DNA of 32,000 nucleotides, taken from contig NZ_CP064923.1 in assembly GCF_018336915.1 (NCBI RefSeq), forward strand, positions 2,460,001 through 2,492,000, in the 5' to 3' direction. Under the pieces are notes generated by a model. It was not told the origin of the DNA, made no database searches, and saw only the letters and a program-made list of their open reading frames with translations. The first letter of the stretch is position 1; every line of letters begins with the position of its first letter. The stretch comes from Acaryochloris marina S15. Its GTDB lineage: Bacteria; Cyanobacteriota; Cyanobacteriia; Thermosynechococcales; Thermosynechococcaceae. The translations under genes were made by a program, and so were the position numbers. Shown piece after piece: positions 9,786 to 18,738 of this stretch.

Positions 9786-10765
9786 GTGACTTTGCCCGAT
9801 TGAAAGACTCGCCGAATAATTTCTTCAATGGGTGGGTCTGTGATAGTTAAGTCGAGTACCTGAAGATTGGCCAATATTTTCGAGACGGTGTGGGTAAGGG
9901 TTTCCCGAAGGACTAGTAGGCGAATTTCTCGTCCAGCGATCTCTTCGACTTCACCATATTGCCCTAAGGTGATTGGATCGGGCGTTTGCATGAGTTCTAA
10001 TTTGACTTCCCGATAGGGAGCAAAGCGGTTCATTAACTGATTGAGGACGCCATCATAAATGAGTTGACCTTGATGAATTAAGAGAACGCGATCGCACAGG
10101 GCCGTAATATCTGCCATATAGTGGCTGGTCAGCAAAATCGTAGCACCGTAGCGTTGGTTGTATTCCCGCAGAAACTCACGAACGCTGACTTGAGCATTGA
10201 CATCTAGACCTAGGGTGGGCTCATCAAGAAAGAGAACCTGGGGGCGATGTAAGAGGGCAGCCAGTAGCTCTGCTTTCATCCGCTCCCCCAGGGAAAGTTT
10301 GCGCACGGGTTGAGTGAGCTTCCCCCCTAAAGACAGCATCTCCGAGAGTTCATCCACCCGATACTGAAACTCATGGGGGCTGATTTTATAAACTGCTGCG
10401 TTGATCCGCAAAGAATCTAAAGCCGGCAAGTCCCACAGTAGTTGCTGCTTTTGCCCCATGACTAAGGTGATCTTTTCTAGGAAGGCAGAGCTGCGTCGGA
10501 ACGGAATTTGGCCTGCGACTTGTACCTGCCCCCCCGAAGGATGAATCAAACCGGTCAACATTTTTAAGGTTGTGGTTTTGCCTGCACCATTCGGACCTAA
10601 AAAGCCAACAACCTCTCCGGGTTCAATCTTAAAGGTGACGGACTGCACCGCTTTGACGAGGCGATGTTGTCGCTGAAAAAAGTGAGATAGAGTGCCTTTG
10701 AATCCGGGTTGCTTAATGGCAACTGGATAAACTTTATCAAGATGGTCGCAAGTGATGATGGTCAT
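9782..10765 (-). CDS. ABC transporter ATP-binding protein
   Basis: Walker A GPNGAGKTT, signature LSLGERMK, Walker B VLFLDEPT, H-loop TSHYM. 327 aa. Confidence 0.93.
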   Translation of the reverse strand: MTIITCDHLDKVYPVAIKQPGFKGTLSHFFQRQHRLVKAVQSVTFKIEPGEVVGFLGPNGAGKTTTLKMLTGLIHPSGGQVQVAGQIPFRRSSAFLEKITLVMGQKQQLLWDLPALDSLRINAAVYKISPHEFQYRVDELSEMLSLGGKLTQPVRKLSLGERMKAELLAALLHRPQVLFLDEPTLGLDVNAQVSVREFLREYNQRYGATILLTSHYMADITALCDRVLLIHQGQLIYDGVLNQLMNRFAPYREVKLELMQTPDPITLGQYGEVEEIAGREIRLLVLRETLTHTVSKILANLQVLDLTITDPPIEEIIRRVFQSGKVT

Positions 10766-10797
10766 ACCCTTACTGTAGACAAGAAATGCCTGAGTGG

Positions 10798-11433
10798 CTA
10801 AGTAGGGAAAGACTTCTGTTTCGATGCAGGGTCAGCAAGAATTTGTAATATGGTTTGCTGTACCAGGGGATTATTCAACATTTGAATATGGTTGACAGGT
10901 AGGATTACGGAGCGACTGCAATCGTCCAGCTGCATTTCCTTTATGGTGAGAATGCCATCATTCACTTCGTTGCCAAAAAAGCTCCAAGTCCCTCGGGGGC
11001 CATTCGTCCCCGCAATAATAATATGAGGAATGGCTAAATTAGGGAGTTGCTGGTAAAAGCTGGGGTCCGCTAAATTCTGCAAACATTCTCCTGCTAATGG
11101 CGATAAGAGACTCAATCGCTGGGCCAACTGAGCGATACGGGGAGACTGATTGGGCGGTCCCAACAAAATAACTGGGTGGGGTTTGAATGAAGAATGAGGT
11201 GCAATGGCAGACCGCACTAACACTGCCCCCATGGAATGGGCAATGATGCCATAGCGGTCTGGTTCTAGCTCTTCTAAACGTTGCTGCAAACGCTCAATAA
11301 TTTGAGTATAAGATTCGATTTGGGATGAATAGCCAAACAACTCGGTGCGATATCCCGCTTGTTGTAAGTATTGAGATAACCCAAATACAGACAGGGGAGA
11401 GCGTCCCAGGCCATGAATTAGCAGTACTTTCAT
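10798..11433 (-). CDS. Alpha/beta hydrolase (small esterase/lipase-like)
   Basis: 211 aa. MKVLLIHGLGRSP (HG oxyanion region) and AHSMGA nucleophile elbow (GxSxG-like). 32 bp upstream of the ABC ATPase on the same strand. Confidence 0.68.
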   Translation of the reverse strand: MKVLLIHGLGRSPLSVFGLSQYLQQAGYRTELFGYSSQIESYTQIIERLQQRLEELEPDRYGIIAHSMGAVLVRSAIAPHSSFKPHPVILLGPPNQSPRIAQLAQRLSLLSPLAGECLQNLADPSFYQQLPNLAIPHIIIAGTNGPRGTWSFFGNEVNDGILTIKEMQLDDCSRSVILPVNHIQMLNNPLVQQTILQILADPASKQKSFPT

Positions 11434-11499
11434 TACTAAATAACGTTCACTGGGAATCGCCCCTATCCATAGGCTTAAAACTTAGCCTAAATCACAGAT

Positions 11500-12585
11500 T
11501 TATTCATGAACAAGGGGGACAGGATAGCCATGCTCTTCGATAATCTTATCCCGCTCGGCAGCTTTCAAATCTTCTGCCATCATTTCCTGGACTAATTCTG
11601 CAAAGCTAACTTTGGGGACCCATTGGAGTTTCTCCTTCGCTTTCTCAGGACTACCCAGTAAGGTTTCTACTTCTGTGGGGCGATAATAACGCGGATCTAC
11701 CGCAACAATACAATTCCCTTCTTGGTCATAGCCTTTTTCATCGATGCCTTCCCCTTCCCAGCGAATTTCAATGCCGACTTCTTTGCAGGCAATCGAGACA
11801 AAATGGCGGACGCTGTATTGTTGACCGGTGGCAATGACAAAATCTTCGGGTTGGTCTTGCTGGAGCATTAACCATTGCATCTCTACATAGTCCCTGGCAT
11901 GACCCCAATCTCTTAAGGAGTCCATATTTCCTAAGTACAGACATTTTTGTTTGCCCAGGTAAATCCGTGCGATCGCACGTGTGATCTTCCGGGTTACAAA
12001 GGTTTCACCCCGGAGTGGAGATTCATGGTTAAACAAAATTCCATTACAGGCATACATGCCATAGGCTTCGCGATAATTAACCGTAATCCAATAGGCATAG
12101 AGTTTGGCAACGGCATAAGGAGAGCGGGGGTAAAAGGGGGTTGTTTCTGTTTGAGGCACCTCTTGTACCAAGCCATATAGCTCAGATGTGGAGGCTTGAT
12201 AAAATTTGGTTTTTTTCTCCAACCCTAGGATGCGAATGGCTTCCAAAAATCTCAAGGTACCAAGACCATCGACATTGGCGGTATACTCAGGAGTCTCAAA
12301 TGAGACCGCCACATGGCTTTGGGCAGCTAAGTTATAAATCTCGTCTGGTTGGACTTGTTGCACAATTCGAATGAGATTGGTCGAATCAGTTAAGTCGCCG
12401 TAGTGCAGGAAAAAGCGTCGCTCTTTCTCGTGGGGGTCTTGATATAAGTGATCAATTCGATCGGTATTGAAGAGAGAAGCGCGTCTTTTAATCCCATGAA
12501 CGTGATAGCCTTTGGCCAATAATAGCTCTGCCAAATAAGCTCCATCTTGACCCGTAATACCGGTAATGAGGGCGACTTTTGCCAT
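11500..12585 (-). CDS. gmd: GDP-mannose 4,6-dehydratase
   Basis: 361 aa. [44 protein letters not shown]...QASTSELYG...[14 protein letters not shown]..., the classic Gmd SDR signature (TGxxGxxG, S/YxxxK). Confidence 0.95.
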   Translation of the reverse strand: MAKVALITGITGQDGAYLAELLLAKGYHVHGIKRRASLFNTDRIDHLYQDPHEKERRFFLHYGDLTDSTNLIRIVQQVQPDEIYNLAAQSHVAVSFETPEYTANVDGLGTLRFLEAIRILGLEKKTKFYQASTSELYGLVQEVPQTETTPFYPRSPYAVAKLYAYWITVNYREAYGMYACNGILFNHESPLRGETFVTRKITRAIARIYLGKQKCLYLGNMDSLRDWGHARDYVEMQWLMLQQDQPEDFVIATGQQYSVRHFVSIACKEVGIEIRWEGEGIDEKGYDQEGNCIVAVDPRYYRPTEVETLLGSPEKAKEKLQWVPKVSFAELVQEMMAEDLKAAERDKIIEEHGYPVPLVHE

Positions 12586-12679
12586 GAAATTTGTCCTATG
12601 TGTGATTCAACTGTGCTGCTAATACAAGTGAATGGTTTTGATCCTATTGCCAAATGGTTCAGGGATTGAGTGTATGCGG

Positions 12680-13843
12680 TCAATAGGTATTCTGGAGAAC
12701 AGTGTTTTTGTAATAATGCTGCAAAATTTGTTGGTAGGTATTCCCTCGCTGGGCAAGGGCCAAAGCGCCCCACTGGCTCATCCCTAACCCATGACCATGG
12801 CCGCGTCCGCTAATGGTGAAGCCGGGGGGCTTACTGGGCAAAGTTTGAGCTTGACTCGCCACTAGATCAGATTGGGGGACAACCTGAAATAAGGTACTTT
12901 TCAATTTCAGGGTTCGGCGAAATTCACGCCCTTTCATCAATTTTGTCCCCTGTTCTCCAACAATTTTGATGTGTTTGACACGGCCATGGGCCGTAGCTCC
13001 TTGAGGGGTCATAGAAAGAATATTACCCAGTCCGGAGAGTTTTTGCTGCAGCTGTGCTTGAGAAAAGTTCACAGACCATTGAAAGTTAGGCGCTTCTTGG
13101 TCAAAATCAGGAACGCCTCTCAAATAGGGGATAACGCCGCTGAATACTTGCTCGGAGTTTTCTGTATGGCCACCAGAATTTGCATGGAACAAGGCTTCAA
13201 CAATATTGCCTTGATAGGTCAACACTTGCCCCGCCGTGGTTCGAACCGCTGATCGAGTGCTTTCTGCTTCACCATCGATACCGCCATAAACCTGATCTTT
13301 GGTGGTATTGACCAAGTCGTAGAGGGGGTTTTTTTGTTTGCCTTTTCGATATAGGGCAAAGGAACGGGCCGCTACGGATTGAGCCTTTAATGCTTCTTGG
13401 GGCCACGTTCTAGGCATTTCTTTGCCAATGACCCCTGCTAGATAGTCTTCCAAATCCACTTCATTAATCACTGATATGCCTTGGGCGGTCGTGATTAATC
13501 GAACTTGACCTCGATACCATCGATCTTTGATGTAAACAAAACCATCTTCGGAGGGTTCGATGGAAAGTTGCCATCCTTTTTTGCCAAAGAAGGTGACGGC
13601 TCCAGGCGTTGATTTAGCGAAGAAACCTTCTAAGGCCGGTAACGCTCCTACCGTTGTCCCTTGGCCATTGACGATGTTGGCGGAGGTGGAACTCCCAATA
13701 ACTACATCTTCTTGTCCCTGTAATAGGGCGACACGTAACTCTAATGCGATCGCAGGACTCGCAACTAGAGACAACAGCAGGGATAAGCATCCCACAGGAA
13801 ATGACAGATAGCGATGAAGTTTGAACTGTGATGCCGAAAGCAT
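12680..13843 (-). CDS. SpoIID/LytB-domain protein (secreted peptidoglycan-remodelling family)
   Basis: The ORF track extends to 14032. I prefer ATG 13843 (MLSASQFKLHRYLSFPVGCLSLLLSLVASPAIA = signal peptide). SpoIID-type motifs ...EALKAQSVAARSFA..., FHANSGGHTENSEQVF, HGHGLGMSQWGA. Confidence 0.8.
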   Translation of the reverse strand: MLSASQFKLHRYLSFPVGCLSLLLSLVASPAIALELRVALLQGQEDVVIGSSTSANIVNGQGTTVGALPALEGFFAKSTPGAVTFFGKKGWQLSIEPSEDGFVYIKDRWYRGQVRLITTAQGISVINEVDLEDYLAGVIGKEMPRTWPQEALKAQSVAARSFALYRKGKQKNPLYDLVNTTKDQVYGGIDGEAESTRSAVRTTAGQVLTYQGNIVEALFHANSGGHTENSEQVFSGVIPYLRGVPDFDQEAPNFQWSVNFSQAQLQQKLSGLGNILSMTPQGATAHGRVKHIKIVGEQGTKLMKGREFRRTLKLKSTLFQVVPQSDLVASQAQTLPSKPPGFTISGRGHGHGLGMSQWGALALAQRGNTYQQILQHYYKNTVLQNTY

Positions 13844-14253
13844 AGGCCAATGATGAACTGAGGAATTGAGCAATGTAACCAGGAATGGCACTGACAACGG
13901 AGTGTTTAATCCCCCTTTGCCCTCAAAGAAGTTTGACATCATACGAGTCTTAACCTGCATGATTTTATGACAGGCTGACGGGTAGGTAAAGTCAAAATAT
14001 TTAGCTGCAAGGAGGAAAATACCTTCATTCATGACTGCCTACAGCAGGGAAAGTTGCCCTTTTGGTCACTATTCTCAAATTTTCGTTCAAATTATAGTTG
14101 CTAATGGATGACACCTAAAGTCTTTGGTCTTGGGCGTTGAGCAATCATAAAGGTTTAGCTTTTTCCCAACAACGTGAATAATGCCTCTCCTTTGCAGCTT
14201 TTTCAAGGTATGAACCCGTTAGAGAGAGGGTGAGTGGCCCAACCGCATTTGGG

Positions 14254-14940
14254 TTAACGGATGCCATGGGTGGCATGGAAATCACTTTGCACCTTTTTAG
14301 TGAGTCGTTGGGATATTTGTCGAACAATCTGTTGTAGCAACTTATCACCTGCCCCTTGAATCATTTTGCGAGGGAGACGGAGAATAAATTGAGGAAACAC
14401 AATAGCAACGTCTAAAGCCAAGTCCCATTCCACAGAGGTTTGGGGGGTGGATGAATTGGCTTTAGCATCAGAGGTCTCGTTTAGATACATTGCAGCTTGA
14501 AAATCGACTTGATAGCAGTGATCAAACTTGTTCTGGACAGGGATAGTTGTAATCCGGTAAACCCCTTCCTCTTGAGGAAGGAGCTCTAAGCCAATTTGGG
14601 GCTCCACTTCAAACCCAAAGGAGCCATACCGCCCCAAGGAAAGAATATACCCATTACTGCCGACGGGCTCTACCTTCATGGGATGGGCACATCGACAGAA
14701 CCAGCCTTGATGAGCATCCAAATAGGCCATTACCGTTGCTTTGTCAGCTTTAAGGTCCATTTGGCCTTTGAACTGATTCTTGAAATGGAGGGCTTGCGAC
14801 AATCCAGTTTCAAGTTCGGGATTAGTGACAGAGACAAATTGTACAAATCTTGATGAAGATTCTGACTGACTTAAACATCCCGCTTCAGGACATGGAACAA
14901 GCTGCTTCTCGATATCTTGCTGCGTATTGGATGATTGCAT
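14254..14940 (-). CDS. Conserved cyanobacterial/plastid-type hypothetical protein, probably DUF1997 family
   Basis: 228-aa ORF. The family assignment is from memory of the C-terminal ...GDKLLQQIVRQISQRLTKKVQSDFH pattern and is not verified. Confidence 0.55.
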   Translation of the reverse strand: MQSSNTQQDIEKQLVPCPEAGCLSQSESSSRFVQFVSVTNPELETGLSQALHFKNQFKGQMDLKADKATVMAYLDAHQGWFCRCAHPMKVEPVGSNGYILSLGRYGSFGFEVEPQIGLELLPQEEGVYRITTIPVQNKFDHCYQVDFQAAMYLNETSDAKANSSTPQTSVEWDLALDVAIVFPQFILRLPRKMIQGAGDKLLQQIVRQISQRLTKKVQSDFHATHGIR

Positions 14941-15148
14941 CTGTCTACCTATGACTCCGTCTTCAAAACCCTCATTCTTTAGGATCGACCAATTCCATTT
15001 AAATTTCGACAGTCGTCGAAAAATTATTTTTTGGAATTTTAGTGTAGTTTCTGAAGAAGAAACATTCGAACCGGCGAGAGAGTCTAAATGCTTACTGGTT
15101 ATCTTTTATTCTAAGAATCATTAAAGAATATGGTTCATACTCTAATCA

Positions 15149-15162
15149 GTGAGTTTGATCAC
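15149..15162. promoter_or_regulatory. GTGA-N4-GATCAC site A (CRP-family-like operator candidate)
   Basis: aGTGAGTTTGATCACc in the divergent intergenic region. 149 bp upstream of the 15311 start and 209 bp from the 14940 start. Confidence 0.3.
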
Positions 15163-15310
15163 CTTTCAACCCCAGGTTTCCAAAAAGTTGCAGGTATTTC
15201 TATCCCTGACGGGTATGACCTCAACTTGGCATAGGTAGATATGGGTAATATCGTATATAGTTTGTGTCCATCAATTAATCGTTTATTTTGCTTCTGAGCT
15301 GAGAAAAATC

Positions 15311-15676
15311 ATGAATATCCGCCTGATTCGGTCCCAAGTCTCGACTTTAGCAATGCTGAGTGCTCTTACCTGCTTCGCATCACTTCCTGCAATGGCTCAG
15401 TCCTCGCCAACCAACGATCCCTTACAGGATTTTCAGCTAGAGGATTCAAATAGTGCCGAGGAGATATTCACTGATCGCGGCGGACCCGGATCCTTATTGA
15501 ATCTATTGAATCGCTTACAGCAGGTGAATAGTCGTTCTGGTAGCGAGTTTGCCGAGGATCAATCTGCTAGTTTTGACTCAGCCGTTGATGCCTTTCGCAA
15601 AAAACAGCAGGAACAGTTAGGTTCACCTACCCAGTCTGCTCCTGAGACCAGTGGTACCGACATCGACATACCTTAA
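15311..15676 (+). CDS. Small secreted acidic hypothetical protein
   Basis: 121 aa. N-terminal signal peptide (LAMLSALTCFASLPAMA-QS). Low-complexity Ser/Asp/Glu/Gln-rich mature part. No family recognised. Confidence 0.55.
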   Translation: MNIRLIRSQVSTLAMLSALTCFASLPAMAQSSPTNDPLQDFQLEDSNSAEEIFTDRGGPGSLLNLLNRLQQVNSRSGSEFAEDQSASFDSAVDAFRKKQQEQLGSPTQSAPETSGTDIDIP

Positions 15677-15766
15677 GGACTATTTCGAACCGAAATCTTT
15701 GTTCTATTTGCTGGGTATCTTGGGTAAATAGCTTTCTTTTTTGTCCTTTATTCCCCTTTCTCGCTT

Positions 15767-17560
15767 TTGGCTTACCTATCCTCTTTTTTGATGCTGGGCC
15801 CAGGTGTGCTGGCTGTTACGCCTGCAGCCCAAGTTGCGGTTAATCAACCGATTGTCCAGGTCGCTAGTGCCAGTATTAATCAGGGCAATCAGATTCAACT
15901 CAATGGTCGTACCTATCCAGTTGCTTGGACCCAATGGCAAGATTCGGCCCAATCCTCTCCATCCATAGGGATTAGCGATAGTGGTTTAAATCGCCGGTTT
16001 GGAGTGGACTTAACCAGCTCGAATGATTTTCGGCAGCAGCCTGTGCAATGGTTTACCCCTAAGCCCATTGCCTTAACGACTCGGTTTAGTGAAAACGGGA
16101 CTTCTCGATATCTCGATGTTTCAGCTTTGGCCCGATCGGTTAACTGGCAGATTCAACCCCAGGGTAATGTCCTCAAAATTAAGTCTCCTCCCGCAAAGAT
16201 TGGCAAGATAAGGGCGGGTCGACAGCAATGGGGACATCGTTTGGTAATTGACCTCGATCAGCCTACCCCCTGGCAAATGGAGCGGTTGACCAATAGTCGA
16301 AGCGGGAAAAAAGATCGCGAATTTGTCTTGGCCATTGATGCTACAGCTGCAGCCGGATTGGGTAAAGCTTGGAAATTTCCTGCGAAATCCGCGTTAAAGT
16401 CTTTGAAAATCACCCGAAAGCAGGGAAGAACGCTCTTAAGTGGTGTTATTAAAGGGACGATGCGTCCTCGGGTGTGGATGCTGACTAATCCCAATCGATT
16501 GGTCATTGATATTAAAGGTGGCGTTCCTGAACAACGCAGTATCCTATGGGCCCCGGGTATTCTTCGGCAAGAGCGAGTCATTGCCTTAGGCAACAAACAA
16601 TATCCCGTCACTTGGTTAGCCTTAAATCCGCAGACACCAGGGTTGAAGCTTCAGCCCATTTGGGGGAATCGGAATGCTCTATTGGGGATTCATCCTCTCT
16701 TGTCGATGGCTAAAGGAACCCAGGTTGCAGCAGCCATTAACGCAGGGTTTTTTAATCGTAAAAATAAGACCCCCTTGGGAGCCATTCGTCAAAATGGTCA
16801 GTGGATTTCGAGCCCCATTTTAAATCGAGGTGTGGTGGCTTGGAATCCGCAGGGGCAGTTCCAAATGGGACGCATTAACCTACAGCAAGTCCTGAGTACG
16901 TCTTCTGGTAAGCGATTATCGATTGTGTCTCTTGACAGTGGCTATCCCCAAAAAGGAATTGCTCGATATACGCCGACTTGGGGCCCCACTTATACGCCTA
17001 TTCTCAAAACTGAAAAAATTATTACTGTTGTTAATAATCAGGTCGTTTCGGAAAAAGTCAGTACGAGCGCCAAATCTTTTGCGATTCCTAAAAACGGCTA
17101 TTTGCTAGTACAGAGGTCCTTTGAGGTCGGTGGAGCCTTGGCTTCTGGAACTCAGCTTCAGATCCAAACTGCCACTACACCTGCGAGCTTTAATGCCTTT
17201 CCCAATATTGTGGGTGCTGGACCTTTGTTGGTGAGTAATAGTCAAGTGGTGTTGAATGCCAAGGCTGAAAAATTCCGCCCTCCTTTTGATACTCAATCTG
17301 CGCCTCGGAGTGGGATTGGGCAAACGGCAGATGGCACGATTTTGTTGGCAGCGGTTCATAACCGAGTCGGTGGTCCTGGCCCAACCTTGAAGGAATGGGC
17401 CTTGATCATGCAGCGGCTGGGATCTGTCAATGCTTTAAATCTAGATGGAGGAAGTTCGACCAGTTTGTATCTAGGGGGTCAACTTCTGGATCGCCACCCA
17501 GTGACGGCAGCTCGGGTTCAAAATGGTATTGGGGTGTTTTGGCAGCCTAATGCAAAGTAA
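15767..17560 (+). CDS. AMIN-domain / phosphodiester glycosidase (NAGPA, DUF2233) family protein
   Basis: 597 aa. AMIN-like segments (HRLVIDLDQPTPW, NRLVIDIKG). C-terminal NAGPA-type motifs (AAINAGFF, GIGQTADGTILLAAV, ALNLDGGSSTSLY). The track start is TTG 15767. ATG 15791 (MLGPGVLA...) is an alternative. Confidence 0.75.
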   Translation: MAYLSSFLMLGPGVLAVTPAAQVAVNQPIVQVASASINQGNQIQLNGRTYPVAWTQWQDSAQSSPSIGISDSGLNRRFGVDLTSSNDFRQQPVQWFTPKPIALTTRFSENGTSRYLDVSALARSVNWQIQPQGNVLKIKSPPAKIGKIRAGRQQWGHRLVIDLDQPTPWQMERLTNSRSGKKDREFVLAIDATAAAGLGKAWKFPAKSALKSLKITRKQGRTLLSGVIKGTMRPRVWMLTNPNRLVIDIKGGVPEQRSILWAPGILRQERVIALGNKQYPVTWLALNPQTPGLKLQPIWGNRNALLGIHPLLSMAKGTQVAAAINAGFFNRKNKTPLGAIRQNGQWISSPILNRGVVAWNPQGQFQMGRINLQQVLSTSSGKRLSIVSLDSGYPQKGIARYTPTWGPTYTPILKTEKIITVVNNQVVSEKVSTSAKSFAIPKNGYLLVQRSFEVGGALASGTQLQIQTATTPASFNAFPNIVGAGPLLVSNSQVVLNAKAEKFRPPFDTQSAPRSGIGQTADGTILLAAVHNRVGGPGPTLKEWALIMQRLGSVNALNLDGGSSTSLYLGGQLLDRHPVTAARVQNGIGVFWQPNAK

Positions 17561-17597
17561 TTTGCTGAACCTAGGTTCTTGAGTTAGATTGTTCAAG

Positions 17598-17614
17598 GTT
17601 GACAATCTGTCAAC
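17598..17614 (+). terminator. Perfect 7-bp inverted repeat downstream of the glycosidase gene (terminator or operator candidate)
   Basis: GTTGACA-ATC-TGTCAAC followed by gagtttgttctt. The stem is short and the 3-nt loop is tight. Confidence 0.3.
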
Positions 17615-17733
17615 GAGTTTGTTCTTAATCTAGAGTGCATTAAGAATAAAACCTGTAAGCGAATGTTTTTGACACTTCTCTTTTTTGAGCTGATTGTGAA
17701 TAACTGTTTGTTTATATAAATTGACCTTTGTTC

Positions 17734-17747
17734 GTGACAAAGATCAC
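17734..17747. promoter_or_regulatory. GTGA-N4-GATCAC site B (CRP-family-like operator candidate)
   Basis: cGTGACAAAGATCACc, 169 bp upstream of the cupin gene start (17916), within a 355-bp AT-rich intergenic region. Confidence 0.3.
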
Positions 17748-17915
17748 CTAAAAAAAATCCTCTGGTTGCTTAAATCATAATGTTATGCATTGAATGCCCA
17801 AGTGCATTCGATCAATTTAGTTCTAGACGATTGGGGATTTTGGCATGGCCCTGTCCTGATTAAGCAATTGTCTACTCATGTCAATTAAAAAACCCTATTG
17901 AGGTAAGTAGGAACC

Positions 17916-18314
17916 GTGGTCCAAACTCAACCATCCAACCTTTTAGCAGCACCTGTGCCTGCTCACCAAGGTGTTGCTGCAACTGAGCTGCGTCCTTGGG
18001 GATCTTTTACCATTTTGGAAGAAGGCCAAGGCTATAAGATCAAGCGAATTGAGGTTAAGCCTGGGCACCGTTTGAGTTTGCAGATGCATCATCACCGAAG
18101 TGAGCATTGGATTGTCATTGCCGGTATCGCTAAAGTTGTGCGAGGCGAGGAAGATTTGATGCTGAGCGCCAATGAGTCTACTTATGTGCCTCGGTTTACC
18201 CAACACCGGCTGGAGAACCCTGGCATGGTGCCTTTGGTTTTGATTGAGGTTCAAAACGGCGAGTATTTAGGCGAAGATGATATTGTGCGCTTTGATGATG
18301 ATTACGCACGATAG
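17916..18314 (+). CDS. Cupin-domain protein, type II phosphomannose isomerase-like
   Basis: 132 aa, GTG start. RPWGSFTILEEGQGYKIKRIEVKPGHRLSLQMHHHRSEHWIVIAG matches the PMI type II / cupin_2 signature (two His-containing motifs). Confidence 0.8.
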   Translation: MVQTQPSNLLAAPVPAHQGVAATELRPWGSFTILEEGQGYKIKRIEVKPGHRLSLQMHHHRSEHWIVIAGIAKVVRGEEDLMLSANESTYVPRFTQHRLENPGMVPLVLIEVQNGEYLGEDDIVRFDDDYAR

Positions 18315-18343
18315 TCATTAGCGATGGGAATACACAGCTCAAC

Positions 18344-18673
18344 ATGATTCAACTCAGCCCTACTGCCATTGGTGAATTAAAACGCCTTCAAAAGAAGCAT
18401 TTACCTACTGGCCAGCTCCGTATTGTTGTTGATGCCAGTGGCTGTAAAGGGTTGGCCTATCAAATGCAGTTTGCTGAATCACCCCAACTAGACGATCAAG
18501 TGTTTGATTGTGAGGATATTCAGGTGGTTGTTGAAAAGGCAAGCATGAAATACCTCTCCGGTTTAACCCTGGACTATACCGAGGATTTGATGGGTGGAGG
18601 GTTTCGCTTTTACAACCCCAATGCGGTTGAAACCTGTAGCTGCGGACATTCCTTTGCCATTGCCAGCCCTTAG
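18344..18673 (+). CDS. HesB/IscA-family iron-sulfur cluster insertion protein
   Basis: 109 aa. GCKGLAY... and C-terminal CSCGHSF (the three conserved Cys of A-type carriers). Confidence 0.9.
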   Translation: MIQLSPTAIGELKRLQKKHLPTGQLRIVVDASGCKGLAYQMQFAESPQLDDQVFDCEDIQVVVEKASMKYLSGLTLDYTEDLMGGGFRFYNPNAVETCSCGHSFAIASP

Positions 18674-18696
18674 AAAAATACAGCTGAATATTGTGT

Positions 18697-18734
18697 CTTT
18701 CCCTCGCAACGAGAGTGTTGCGAGGGAAAGTTTT
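18697..18734. terminator. Strong hairpin between the convergent HesB/IscA-family and TPR genes (bidirectional intrinsic terminator candidate)
   Basis: CTTTCCCTCGCAAC (18697-18710), GAGAGT loop, GTTGCGAGGGAAAG (18717-18730). A perfect 14-bp stem followed by TTTT (18731-18734). Confidence 0.8.
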
Positions 18735-18738
18735 AGGT

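Noticed and set aside
3905-10087. A 6.2-kb HIP1-free gap covering the IDH pair, as evidence that the pair was horizontally acquired
   Set aside because: A similar 6.5-kb gap (13754-20253) covers ordinary genes. At about one site per 2.3 kb, gaps of this size are not statistically remarkable.
12390-12773. 127-aa minus-strand ORF spanning the spoIID-like / gmd junction
   Set aside because: It overlaps the 5' end of gmd and the 3' end of the SpoIID-like gene in other frames. It has no recognisable features, so it is a frame-shadow ORF.
13844-14032. N-terminal 63 codons of the SpoIID-like ORF as given in the track
   Set aside because: A typical signal peptide begins at the internal Met (13843). 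The upstream part has no signal or domain character. It cannot be fully excluded without expression data.
15004-15030. Hairpin TTTCGAC-AGTC-GTCGAAA followed by a T-run, resembling an intrinsic terminator with no upstream plus-strand gene (possible sRNA 3' end)
   Set aside because: The stem is only 7 bp and AT-rich. Any transcript from a plausible upstream -10 would be under about 40 nt. There is no supporting conservation, so it is likely fortuitous in AT-rich DNA.
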